A stretch of 64,000 bases of DNA from the human T2T-CHM13v2.0 reference genome, Homo sapiens, in the NCBI GenBank assembly GCA_009914755.4, contig CP068257.2, positions 27,456,001 through 27,520,000 on the forward strand, given 5' to 3'. The notes under the pieces are model-generated. The model saw only the letters and a program-made list of their open reading frames with translations, made no database searches and had not been told where the DNA came from. Numbering within the stretch: position 1 is the stretch's first letter; each line of letters starts with the position of its first letter. The position numbers and the translations under genes are program-made. Positions 32,834 to 45,794 of this stretch are shown here, piece after piece.

Positions 32834-33675
32834 GTAAGTGGGTGCGGGGGCCAGGATGAGTGCTTCTGGGTGTCAGCGGGAGCAGAACTTTGTGCGGCCC
32901 TGCGACAGCATCTGGGGGGGTACCCGTGACCCCTGGAGCCCTGAGGGCATGTATTACACTGCAGTTTTTTAGCTTTGCTGTTCACGGATGGCTTAAGTGT
33001 TTAACAGCTCAATGTGACAGCCCTCTGTATCCTGAGCTCTCATTCAGTGTCCAGGAAGAATCAGGTTGCACGAACGAATTGAAGATGGTAAATTGTGGGC
33101 GATTTTATTGCCAATGAAACTGGCTTTTAGTGGAATGGAGAGCTGGAAAGGGGATGGAGCGGGAACGTGGTCTTCCCCTGGAGTTTGGCCATCCACTGCC
33201 AAACTCTTCTTCGAGGCCCTGCCGTCAAGCCGTCCCTCTTAAGTTAAGCTGCTTCTCACCAACGTCTAGCTGCTGCTGCTTTTCTCTACTTCTCTGCCGC
33301 TCTGCTGCCAGTGGCGGCTGGGGTTTTTCTGGGTACAGGATGGGGGTCAGGGCAGGCCAGGGTGATTTTGGAAAAGGCAACATTCGGGTGGGAAATGAGG
33401 AATGCATGTTCTTACTTTGGGCCATGGGTCCAGGTTTGAGGGTGGGGTCCTCACTGGGGACTGCCCTCTTCTACCCAGTATTTTCCTGCCTCCTGTCTGT
33501 ATCAATTGTATTTTAAATTTGTTACTTTATTTGAATTTAAATTATAAAATTGGTTGATAAGAACTTTGTACATTTGATTTTGTAAGAGTTTTATAAAAAG
33601 ATTATATATAGTTTTATGCTTATACTTAAGTAATGCTATTTTCAAAATGAAGTCAATACTGGAGAATATTTTATC

Positions 33676-33978
<303 letters not shown>

Positions 33979-34690
33979 CTGATCTTTTAAATAAATGTTA
34001 TTCGCTGTCTATGAAGTAGTCCTGCAAAAAAAGAAAGTCACATCTGAATCTGACCGAGTTTCTAGATCCAATGGCTAATTTACAGTGGACAGAGAGAACA
34101 GAGAAGCATATTAAAAAACATTATGGAGGTGTAACTTTGGGAACTCTATAGTTTCTTTAACAAATAAATTTGCAAAAAAAGAGGGAGGAAGAGTAATTGT
34201 AGATTTATAAATATAAAAACTTAGCAGTCCATCATGTGTCCGGACTTTGGATCTTGATTAAAAATTTAAAAATTAATGGAGAAAACAATTGAAAATGTTT
34301 GTGATAAAATTGGAGGTTTGAATGCTGTCTGATGATGGGTAATGTTGGGGAATTACTGTGGTGGTGGTTGTTGGTGTGATGGTGCTATTTGGTTCTGTTA
34401 ATGAAGAGAGTGCTCTTCCTTTTTGGGGTACACACTGGGATATTAACAGATGATGAGAAATTTATGTTTTCCTTAGGATAACATTAAGAAGGTAAAGTAA
34501 ATCTATCTATACTATAATAACAAGCTTTAAAATTTGGTGCTGTTAGTCCTTCTAGGTTATATTCTTGGGAAAGATATAAATACTAAAATATAAGATAAAC
34601 ATTATTTTCTCATACAGTCAAAAATATTAAAGGAAATTTATTCTTTCTCCAAGAGTCTGCTGTCTAGGTGTTTATAGAAAAGGAACACAG

Positions 34691-34992
34691 GCCAAGGGTG
34701 GTGGCTCATGCCTGTAATCCCAGCACTTTGGGAGGCTGAGGCTGGTGGATCATGAGGTCAGGAGTTCAAGACCAGCCTGGCGAAGGTGGTGAAACCCCAT
34801 CTCTACTAAAAAATACAAAAATTAGCTGGGCGTGGTGGCAGGCACCTGTAATCCCAGCTACTCAGGAGGCTGAGGCAGGAGAATCGTTTGAACCTGGGAG
34901 GCGGAGGTTGAGGTGAGCCGATATCGCGCCACTGTGCTCTAGCCCGGGCAACAGAGTGAGACTCCGTCTCAAAAAAAAAAAAAAAAAAAAAA
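34691..34992 (+). mobile_element. Alu SINE, sense, with a 22-nt poly-A and a ~10-bp TSD
   Basis: GCCAAGGGTGGTGGCTCATGCCTGTAATCCCAGC...CAGAGTGAGACTCCGTCTC plus A22. The flanks are AAAGGAACACA and AAAGAACACA. Confidence 0.92.
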
Positions 34993-35384
34993 GAACACAT
35001 GTGTCACATTTAATTAACTTTAAATGGTAAACTCAAATTGTATAAAACCATTTAAGTTTTCATAAATAAAATATTTAGATAAAAGATTAATCCATTTAGA
35101 TAAATAGATAGCTAAATCAAGTTAAAAAGGCAAAACAGTGGCTACACACACATCACGTTATTCCCATCTGGGGAAACCCTGAGTTAGTCCATGCTTGCTT
35201 GTTGGCTATACAAATCAAGGGTCCAAAAACTCTGAGGATCAGGTAAAGTCTGTCCCACAGCCTGTTTTGGTATGACCCAGGAGCTAAGAATGGTTTTAAT
35301 ATTTTAAAATATTTGACAAATATCAAAAGGAGAATAATCTTTGGTGACATTTGGAAATTATATGAAATTCTAATATCAGTGTCT

Positions 35385-35600
35385 GTACTTTTACTGGAAT
35401 ACAGCTATACACATTTACTTACTGTTTTTGTAAATAAAGTTTTACTGGAGTCATCCATCCATTTGCATATTGTCTATGACTACTTTCAACTTAGAACAGC
35501 AGAGATGAGTAATTGTAACAGAAAGTGTATGACCTGAAAAACCTAAAATATTTATCTCCTGGCCCTCTACAAAAAAAGTTTGTCAACCTAGATGAAAAAA
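35385..35600. mobile_element. Ancient MITE-like interspersed repeat (family unnamed), copy 2 of 3
   Basis: ...TTTTGTAAATAAAGTTTTACTGGAGTCATCCATCCATTTGCATATTGTCTATGACTACTTTCAACTTAGAACAGCAGAGATGAGTAATTGTAACAGAAAGTGTATGACCTGAAAAACCTAAAATATTTATCTCCTGGCCCTCTACAAAAAAAGTTTGTCAACC. Confidence 0.45.
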
Positions 35601-36825
35601 CTGAGTCCTGGAGGTATGAAGTCTCTGGTCTAAACTTCCACAGCTTTTGAATGCAGCATCACAATGCAAACCCAGGTCTTCTGAATCTAGGTACCCTTTG
35701 GATGTAGTTTTTTCCTATGTTTTTGCCCCCTTGAAAAAATGATTTCTATTTACATAGTGCCTGTTTTATTTCTGGCATTGTTGCACGTACTTGTATTGCT
35801 CTTTTAATTGTCATAACAACCTGTAGGACAGGTACTATGATTATCCCCCATTTTATACTTGGGGAATTTGTGGCATATAATTTATTAAGTAATTTAACCA
35901 AAGTCCTACATGAGTAAGAGACAGAGCTGGGTTGGAGACCCAGGTGGCCTGACTTAAATGTTGCACATTGCTCTGTCTCCTTCATTAAGGGAACCACAAA
36001 GCTAGTGAAAGAGAAACCATTGAGTGGTTCAGTGGTTCTAACCCCTGTCATTCCTCTCTTGAGCTTTGGGGGCACGAATGATACAGGGTTGATCATTCTG
36101 CTATCTTAAGCCTGAAGTGAACTTTGATTAGGAAAAGTGGCTCCCAGTTACCCTTAAAATCAAAGGCTGTGACAGTATGTGATCAGAAATCCTTACTCTA
36201 GAAACATACAATTTTTCTTTGTCAATTAAAATAAAAAGAAGTTCCTGGGGGAGGTGGTGTCTTGTTTTTGTCGTTGAGCCTTGATCCTTGCTTTGTGGTT
36301 TTTCATTGCATTGCCCTACGAGAAGGTTTGAGAAGGAGTAACAACATTACTGCAAGTTAGCACTGCAAGAAGGCTTCCTGGGAAACCTGGGAAACCTTAC
36401 CTGACATTTCACTGGGGTCAGGAGCGGAGGAAGAGGCTCCTCCAAAGAGCAATGGCACAAGACCAGCTCACAGTATGGAACAGGTCCCGTGGCACTTTCT
36501 TACCATGGCCTGCACATGCAGTCTCATGAACCAGTTGGAAGAGGTGTTTATTCACTGGTGTTTTCTTCAAACAGATGTATCAGTGCTTCATAGAAAAGCA
36601 GGGTTAATACATAACTTTGGGACTTTTGCTTTACTAACTGAGAAATCTGACAAAATTTTTTTATGGGGATGGAGTTGGGAAGAATGAATTGAAGAAAGTG
36701 GCAGCAAAAGAAGAGTTACTTCTCCCAGAGGACTCTGCATGTGCCATACGGCACTGTGGGGGGAGCTGTGCCTTGGCTGTCCACTGGATGTTCAATCAGG
36801 ATAAGGCCATCCACTGGATGTTCGA

Positions 36826-37030
36826 TCTGGAGAGGCTGGCAAATTATAGTCTGCAGGCCAAATCCAGGCTGCTCTCTCTTTGTAAATAAAGTGTTTTTGG
36901 AACACAGCCATGTGCATTTGTTTCCTGTTTTTGTCAATAAAGTCAGAGCCCATCCATTCCTATACATGTTGTCTATGGCTGCCTTTATGCTACAGAGGCA
37001 GAGATGAGTAGTTGTGACAGAGATCCTTAA
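36826..37030. mobile_element. Ancient MITE-like interspersed repeat (family unnamed), copy 3 of 3
   Basis: GGCAAATTATAGTCTGCAGGCCAAATCCAGGCTGCTCTCTCTTTGTAAATAAAGTGTTTTTGGAACACAGCCATGTGCATTTGTTTCC...ATGTTGTCTATGGCTGCCTTTATGCTACAGAGGCAGAGATGAGTAGTTGTGACAGAGATC. Confidence 0.45.
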
Positions 37031-37054
37031 GAGCTCACAAGTGTAAAATATTTC

Positions 37055-37372
37055 TTTCTTTCTGTTTTTTTGTTTGTTTGTTTGTTTTTTGAGATGAAGT
37101 TTTGCTCTTGTTGCCCAGGCTGGAGTACAATGGTGTGGTCTTGGCTCACTGCAACCTTCACCTCCCGAGTTCAAGTGATTCTCCTGCCTCAGCCTCCTGA
37201 GTAGCTGGGATTACAGGCACTCGCCACCACGCCTGGCTAATTTTTGTATTTTTAGTAGAGACGGGGTCTTACCATGTTGGCCAGGCTGGTCTCAAATTCC
37301 TGACCTTAGGTGATCCGCCTGCCTCGGCCTCCCAAAATGCTGGAATTACAGATGTGAGCCACCGTGCCTGGC
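37055..37372 (-). mobile_element. Alu SINE, antisense, with a perfect 22-bp TSD
   Basis: T-rich tail, then GAGATGAAGTTTTGCTCTTGTTGCCCAGGCTGGAGTACAATGGTGTGGTCTTGGCTCACTGCAACC...GGAATTACAGATGTGAGCCACCGTGCCTGGC. CTCACAAGTGTAAAATATTTCT is present at both 37033-37054 and 37373-37394. Confidence 0.93.
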
Positions 37373-38857
37373 TCACAAGTGTAAAATATTTCTAATATGG
37401 CCCTTTAGAGAAAAATTGTGCTGACCTCTGGATATAATGGAAGAGTGATTATTTTGCCATCATGGAATATTTCTTTGTTGGAGACTACCGGCCGTATATG
37501 TCACATAGCAATACAGAGCTGACTTTAAAATGTTGGGGAAAATGTCTTCTCAACTATTCTCTAAATGCTATGAATAGCCATTAAAATTTCTTTTTTAAAA
37601 TTTCCAGAATGAGGGTCTACCCAGACTACTGAGTCACTATGGCAAAGCCTGGGAATGGGTATTTTTTAAAGGCACCTAGTAATCAGGTACTTTTGAGAAA
37701 CACTAGCCTGGAACATACCAAGCTACATACGTATTGAGTTGTACTGAGAAATTGATATTGCATAATTGTGACAATAGTCTATGGTAGGAGTGTATTATTG
37801 ATCATAATTCAGAAGCAAGTCTAGAGCTCAGTATGTGAAAAGCTCCTTGAATATTATTGAAAATAACTTTCCAAATAACTGTAAAAACACATTTGTTGCT
37901 GAAAATAATAAAATAAAAATTATACATTATTGCCACCATCAAGAAACATACTGTTAATCTGTTTATATATTGATGCAGAAACACATCCTTTCTGGATTGA
38001 ATTTATATAATTCTATTAAATTCTTAAAATACCATGTAGTTATTTTGGGTTTCAGTTATGGGAAGGGATTTCACTTGGATTTCAGATTTGTTACTCTCTT
38101 GAAAGTGTTTGGATAAAGAGCCAAGAAATACATCGTTGCTCATATGGGAACAGAAAAGCTGGTAAATGTTAATTGTGACTGAAAACCTTGAATTTATGTT
38201 ATCAGATTCAGAAAGAGAACATTTAGACAATTTAGATGTATTTTTTTTGTTCCTTTCTCATTGTTGTCAAATTATCTTTTAATGAAATCTTTTTCTTTGT
38301 AGCCCTTTACCAACTGGGCATCTACCACACCTCTCTTGATGTCATTTTTGATGTCATGAGGATGTAGCTGTCAGTGTTGCAGCTCACACAGTGGGCAATC
38401 CCCAGGCTCACTTTAATGATTCCAGAGAGTTCTGTGGATAAAGATCTATGCTGTGTTGGTGAGGAGCTGTTGACAGTATCATAGAAGGCAATATTTCCGT
38501 TGTGTTTAATATGTAACTGTCTCTTTCTATCTCTGTATGGTTCTTTGAGAGCCTGATGGTCAGTGCAGAAAAGGAAGGTGCTACTTCATCCTAGGTCTGT
38601 CCATTCTGAACTGTCAGTTTCACTAGAATTCAGCCACTTCCAGTCACTGACTGCCTTGGCAATGTCAGTGTCACCACCAGCTTTTCTGAAGGCAGACCCA
38701 GGGGGCCAATTTGAGAGACAGCACAGATGTGGTATCTGCTTTCCCATTGGCACACATAAGATGCAAAACTTTGATTTTCTTGGGGTGGAACTTGGGTGTC
38801 ATGATAAAGATGGCTAGTGTCAGATGAACCTGGATACTGGACCACTGAAGAAAGTGA

Positions 38858-39216
<359 letters not shown>

Positions 39217-39559
39217 AATTAAATCTTTGATACGGAGTGCATCCTGGTGTAGTGGAAGTAGCTTGAACTAATAATTAGAAAACCTGGATCCTATCTGGGT
39301 TCTTAATTCTATTATGGTCATTCATCCTCAAGCCTGTTATTTGAATTGTCTGCGTCTCAATTTGCTCATCTGTCAAATCGGGATGGCAATACTGACAAAG
39401 ACTATTGTATAGGATCTTCTGGAAGATTAAAATGAGGTCGTGAATAAGAAATTCACTTCGATAAATTATAATGCATTAGTAAGTTTTATTATAACCATAA
39501 AATAATATTAAAACAGTAATATTAATTCCTGAAAAGAATAAGCTTATATGTGAATGTTT

Positions 39560-40740
39560 TAATTGTCTGAGTCTGTACAGCTTTATTGTTGTATATATCA
39601 TAACAAATTAGCCTTCCATTCATTAGATTAAGAAAACCTGCTGAGTCCTTTTACTTGTATATTTAATACCTTTTGAACAGTTTTCAATTTACAGAAAAAA
39701 ACGGAGTAAAATGTATGGAATTCCCATATATTTCCTCATCCCTCTAACCCCTAATTAACATCTTTGCTTCAATTAATGAACCAATATTGATACATTATTA
39801 TTCATTATTAGTCCATAGTTTACATTAGGGTTCACTCTGTGTTGTACATTCTATGGGTTTGGACAATTGTGTAATGATGTGTATCTACCATTACAGTCTC
39901 ATATAGAATAGTTTCACTGCCCTAAAAATCCCTCATGCACCACCTATTCATCCTTCCTTTTTCTCTTCCTGAATCCCTGGCAACCACTGATCTTTTTACA
40001 GTATCCACAGTTTTACCTTTTCTAGAATGTCATGTTGTTGGAATTATACAGCATGTAGCCTTTCAAGATTTAGCTTCTTTCATTTAGTAATATGCACTTA
40101 AGATACTTCCATATCTTTTTGTGGCTTGATAGTTTTTCTTTTTATCCCTGAATGATATTCCATTGTCAGGATATACCAGGATTTATTTACCTATTGAAGA
40201 ACTTGGTTGCTTCCAAATTTTGGCAATTATGCATAAACCTGCTATAAACATCTGTATGCAGGCTTTTGGGGAAATAACAAGAAGTGTGATTTCTGGGTCA
40301 TGTGGTAAAAGTATGTTTGCTTTTGTAAGAAACTGCCCAACTGTTTACTAAAGTGGGATATACTATTATGTTTTCATTCCCACCAGCACGGAATGAAAGT
40401 TCCTGTTGCTCCACAGCCTCACCAACATTTGATGTTGTCAGTATTTTGAATTTGGGTTATTCCAATAGGTGTATAGTGGTATTTCATTGTTGTCTTAGTT
40501 TGCAATTCCCTAATGACATATGATGTTGATCATCTTTTCATATGCTTACTTGCCATCTGTATATTTTCTGTAGTGAGATATCTTTCAGATCTTTTGCCTA
40601 TTTTTTGATTGGGTTGTTTGTTTTTCTGTTGTTGAATTTTAAGAGTTCATTGTATATTTTGGATGCCAGTCCATCATCTGATATGTATTTTGCATATTTT
40701 CTTTCAGTCTGTGGCTTGTGTTTGCCTTCTCCTAATATTT
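39560..40740 (-). mobile_element. LINE-1 3'-terminal fragment (~1.2 kb, older primate L1P/L1M-type), antisense, 5'-truncated
   Basis: The antisense L1 3' end is present over a long stretch: ...TTTTCAATTTACAGAAAAAAACGGAG...TTAATGAACCAATATTGATACATTATTATTCATT...GTACATTCTATGGGTTTGGACAATTGTGTAATGATGTGTATCTACCATTACAGTCTCATATAGAATAGTTTCACTGCCCTAAAAATCCCTCATGCACCACCTATTCATCC...CTGGCAACCACTGATCTTTTTACAGTATCCACAGTTTTACCTTTTCTAGAATGTCATGTTGTTGGAATTATACAGCATGTAGCCTTTC...TTGGCAATTATGCATAAACCTGCTATAAACATCTGTATGCAGG...TTCCCACCAGCA...ATTCCCTAATGACATATGATGTTGATCATCTTTTCATATGCTTACTTGCCATCTGTATATTTTCT. Confidence 0.85.
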
Positions 40741-41409
40741 ATTTTGCTTATTTAACCTCAAAAATCACAATCCAATTATTTTTTAAGTACCAATGACATC
40801 CAGGTTTACAGTTTTTAAAAAGGTTGACAAATCCTAATGCTGTATTCTTATTTACCATTGACTCCTTTTGTGGTTGGTTGCATTTGAAGAATGAATCGAG
40901 TCATCAAGCCCAACATGGGCTCAACCTCAAACCTCACATTCTTAACCAGGATCCTCGCTGCTATCATCTGAGAGTCAGCCTGTGGCCTGTCCAAGTTGGC
41001 TGGGTCTGGCTGAGCTGATTGGAGCGGCCGACATTTTTGCTGACTGGAGTCATGCTATCTTTGCCAGTTTGCTGGAATAGACACAGACACCGATTGGGTC
41101 ACGCTGAAGACATTCCTGTCTTGTGAAGCAAGTCTGTTTGTATTTTAAGTTTGCCAGGACTAATGAATTAAAACATTTGGACTCCCCACAACTTGCTGTT
41201 TATCAATGCCTCTGACAGGAGGAGGGTTTTCTTTTGCTCTTGCTTTTTCTAGAAAGATGACAACATCCTGGCTGTTAGAGAGGCAAGGAAAGGAGAGAGG
41301 GGTTGTGAAGGGAAGCGGAAGGGAAGGGAAGGGAGGTCCCGTGGGACGCTGGGGTCTGGGGCAGAGCAGGTAGCAGCGTGCTGCCCTGACAGCTGTCTCC
41401 GCTCCTCAG

Positions 41410-41538
41410 ATTGTCAGTGGCTGCTATGCAGCAGGTGCAGCCTGGTCTCTCACTGAGTCTCTACTCCACAAAGGCAACGACTGGCCAAGGCAGTGGCTGG
41501 CTCTGGGTTACACAAGTGCAGACACTCAACTAAGTGAG
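41410..41538 (+). CDS. Candidate internal exon (129 nt). Frame 1 is open for all 43 codons. Coding status uncertain
   Basis: The acceptor is CCCTGACAGCTGTCTCCGCTCCTCAG|ATTGTCAG. The donor is CTAAGTGAG|GTAAGCC (GT at 41539-40). Length is a multiple of 3. Only one frame is stop-free (IVSGCYAAGAAWSLTESLLHKGNDWPRQWLALGYTSADTQLSE). Confidence 0.18.
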
Positions 41539-43083
41539 GTAAGCCAACAGGTGTGAAAACTGAACTAAATGCTCAGATCAGCAGCAACTTAACCAAAGCT
41601 CTGTTACAGCCTGTAGCCAAGAGAAGGAACCTGTGGTTCGTTTCCCCAGACGGTGTGATGAAAAGGCAAGTTGGTGTAGGGGCATTTGTGGTCAACATGG
41701 TGTGGAACTCAAAGTCCACTCAGTCTTGCCACCATCCTTTCATAGGCAGACAGATGTTCTCCATTGAGCGGAGGGGAGGGACTCTAATTAGCTGTGTTTA
41801 TTAATTCCATTTCCTGTAGCTGGAAACCATACCAGAGGACTATTTACAAAATCCTTGAGGCAAATTTCTACCTCTTGTACTTGATTTCTTGGTGCGGGAA
41901 AGTGTTGGGGGATTTAGCCAAAAGAGGAGTGCAACTTTCCATCCTTAGATGTTATGCTAAAGTGATTCGGTGATTGTACAATGCATAACAGTAAAACTTT
42001 TCTTTTTAGCTAAAATGTTAAGGGAATTTTAATGGTTTCTTCTGTTGAATTTGAGACAATCCATGCCATTCCCTAGGTGGCTAACAAAATGCTTGATTCT
42101 GAGCAGGTAAGACTGGACAGAAGGGTGGCAGAGTTAAGATAAAACAAATCCTGAATCAAATAACAGATATTTTATATTACTCTTTTTTAAAATTAAATGT
42201 TTCATGTCACTATTTCTTTCTAACTTAGAATTACATGATATGGACAGTGGAGAGCTTTTTGGTGCATTGCTACTTGTAGTGCTAAATAAATGGGCCAAAT
42301 TATGATTCTAACTGGATAATAAACAGTTGCTGGTTTTTCTCCAAAGCTATACTAGGGTTTTAATATAAGCCTGATCTTTTTTCATATGCTGGGTAAGATG
42401 ATTCCATATGTATGTATGTCTAAATATACATGTATATATATATATATGCATTGGCTTTGGCTCTATAAATACTTTTAAAAACAAAATTCAGTGTTCTGGA
42501 CACTATTTTTAGCTAGATAGAGGAAAGTTATGGGAAAAAGTCAGAAACCGTGCTGTGAGAAAATGTCCTGCTAAAGCATTTCCCAGAATCTCTTTAAGGA
42601 TGGCTAAAGAGATTATTTATACTTTGCCATTTTTAGAGCTATTTCCCTTAAAATATCATTCAGGTTTTTTGGTTTACTGTCTACATGAGAAGGAAAGTAG
42701 AGGGTTTAGGGGAGGTGGCACTAAAAATAGAAAAGTTAAATATATGTTTTTAAATAAGAAAGATATCATGTATTTATAACTATCTTTTCCTAGTCCCCTA
42801 TAGACATCAAATTATCAAATATCTTGGTTAAAATATATTTGGGCTAAGTTCTCTGATTATAACCAGAAATATTCATGTGTTTTTGCCCATTCCATTTTAT
42901 CTGCAGGATGTTTTTTTCCATTCATTCTACCTTAATTAATTAAATGATGATTTGATAGCTGGAGTAGAATATCTATAGGATGTTTTTGAGTCTTGTCTTT
43001 GCTTTTATAGAGTGTTAAGATGTGCATCCTTAGAAATGTTTGGTAGACTTACAGGTAGTTAATCAGATATTTAAAGCATATGA

Positions 43084-43426
<343 letters not shown>

Positions 43427-43923
43427 GACTTTTGGTATTCTTTAAATGATTCCATGAAACCCATTCTTTGCCACTCTCAGATTAATAATTCAGATTTAAT
43501 TTAGGCTTTTGAACATGAAAAGCAAGTCTAATCTGAAGCCATCTGATACCTTATTAAGACTATATCTCTTTTTATCCTCCTCAGTTGAAAGTAAAATACT
43601 TTATATGACCTTAAAGAGGCAGGATTGAACTGGTCCATGTAAAAAGATATTGAGCAAGTAAGGCAGGTAGAGATATTTCCCATATTTCATTCATTCTAGA
43701 TGTATATTGCAAAAGCAATTTTTTCTTGAGCCAAGAAAAAAAGATTTAAATGGGGCGGATGAATACTTTTGACATAGAAAAAGCTCAAAACTAGGAGTAT
43801 CTTTAGAATAAGCAGGTAATGCTTACTAACCTTAATAACTTCACCTGTAATTTCCAAGGGCCTCTGAGTATTTAGGGGGATGATGCTGGATAAAGTGACA
43901 ATGGCTCTCTCTTGCTGTCACAG

Positions 43924-44032
43924 CTGGAAGACCCAGGAGAAGGCGGAGGCTCAGGTGCCCACATGATCAGCACAGCCAGGGTACCTGCTGACAAGCCTGT
44001 ACGCATCGCCTTTAGCCTCAATGACGCCTCAG
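43924..44032 (+). CDS. Candidate coding exon (109 nt, phase 0 to 1). Product unknown
   Basis: The acceptor is GGCTCTCTCTTGCTGTCACAG|CTGGAAG (AG at 43922-23). The donor is GACGCCTCAG|GTATAC (GT at 44033-34). Only one frame is open (LEDPGEGGGSGAHMISTARVPADKPVRIAFSLNDAS). The segment is GC-rich relative to its flanks and retains 4 CpGs (GGCGGA, TACGCATCGCC, GACGCC). Confidence 0.3.
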
Positions 44033-44420
44033 GTATACTCTGCTCTGGAAGAAGGATTGTTTCCTTCATACCCCACCTTTCTAGCATCTTTTCTAATGCC
44101 ACGCCTCTGTGGAAAATTTAAAGTTGCATGCTTGCATGACCTGATGATGGGGAATGTGATATTTCATCATGCATTGTTAGATGGCGGCTTCCAGAAATGC
44201 CTCTAGTGATGCTTTCCTCCACCTTGAGTTTTCGGGTCATTTAAACTCATTTTTTTTCTCCTCCCTCCCCATTCTAGCTTTCTTTTAGAATAAAATTCAC
44301 TGAGCTACAACAATTTCTAACAATAGCAAAGTGTGTTATTGTTAAAACTGCATGAGGAAACTTTTATTAGGAGCTGGCAGTTGGTTAGGTAATATGAAAA
44401 TATCACTGTTCCGTTTACAG

Positions 44421-44436
44421 CAACATTTGCTGAAGC
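44421..44436 (+). CDS. Candidate 16-nt microexon. Speculative
   Basis: The acceptor is ACTGTTCCGTTTACAG|CAACATTTGCTGAAGC, followed directly by a perfect GTAAGT donor at 44437-42. Its phase would link 43924-44032 (ends with 1 nt) to 59701-59872 (begins with 1 nt) in a continuous open frame. Confidence 0.12.
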
Positions 44437-44854
44437 GTAAGTTAGAAATGCTGGTTTCTCACTGGTGCTCCCACACTTCTGGCTAAATCAACAGACTTCA
44501 GCAGGAATGATAAATGGGACAGGTGAGGAGGAGCCTCTCTAAATAGTAAGGTCTGAGGTGAAACTGCCATACTTAGAGCCCTTCGTCATGGCTCCCCTCA
44601 GTGACCTCTTAACACACATTGAATTGCACCACTTTTGAACAAAAGACCTCATGTGGCGGGAGGTCACGGTGCTGAGGAAAGGAAGGCTTGGCTCTCTTCC
44701 ACTGGCATCCGCCATTGCTCTTAGTTTAATGTCATCTGTTAAAATCACATGCTTAAACAACATTACCATTTAAACCTTGGGTCTTTTGAGGACTCTCTCT
44801 CTCTCTCTTGCTATAATGCCCATGTAGGGATGATGCTTTAAAAAGTAATGATTG

Positions 44855-44983
44855 GCCGAGCATGGTGGCTCACGACTGTAATCCCAGTACTTTGGGAGGC
44901 CAAGGCAGGAGGATCCCTTGAGCCCAGGAGTTTTGAGACCACCCTGGGCAACACAGGCAGACCTCATCTCTATTTTAAAAAAA
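44855..44983 (+). mobile_element. FLAM / left-monomer Alu, sense, with a 15-bp TSD
   Basis: GCCGAGCATGGTGGCTCACGACTGTAATCCCAGTACTTTGGGAGGCCAAGGCAGGAGGATCCCTTGAGCCCAGGAGTTTTGAGACCACCCTGGGCAACACAGGCAGACCTCATCTCTATTTTAAAAAAAG. The flanks are AAAAAGTAATGATTG and AAAAAGTAGTAATTG. Confidence 0.85.
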
Positions 44984-45386
44984 GTAGTAATTGAAAAGGG
45001 ACAGAATCATTCCAAAATAATGCAAAGTAAGGAGCTCTGTGAAATCTGATGTCACACAACCATTGCAGGCTTGGGGTTACTATGCCAGGTGACACATTTA
45101 ACCTGGAGTTTCCTAGACTGTTAGCCTCCAGTGGAGGATGTATTCCGTAGCAGGAAGAGGTGAAGGCTTGACTCTTCATAATCAGTTTTTCCAAACCTCT
45201 TCTCATGATCTGCCGTTGTACTGTGTCCTCACTCAGGGTCACCCTGAAAGACAGTGGTGAGAAGAAATCCTCCCAACAGGCAAATCAATCCACCCCAACA
45301 TAGAAATGACAACTGCCATTAACTATACTTCTCTGTCATAATAAGCATTTGCCTGTATTATCTCTGATCCTTAAGACAACCATGCA

Positions 45387-45794
<408 letters not shown>

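Noticed and set aside
33130-33516. 128-aa ORF in the GC-rich block
   Set aside because: It is low-complexity (runs of S/C/L/G) with no Kozak context. The open frame is expected by chance in GC-rich, stop-poor sequence. The block is better explained as regulatory or LTR-like sequence; see findings.
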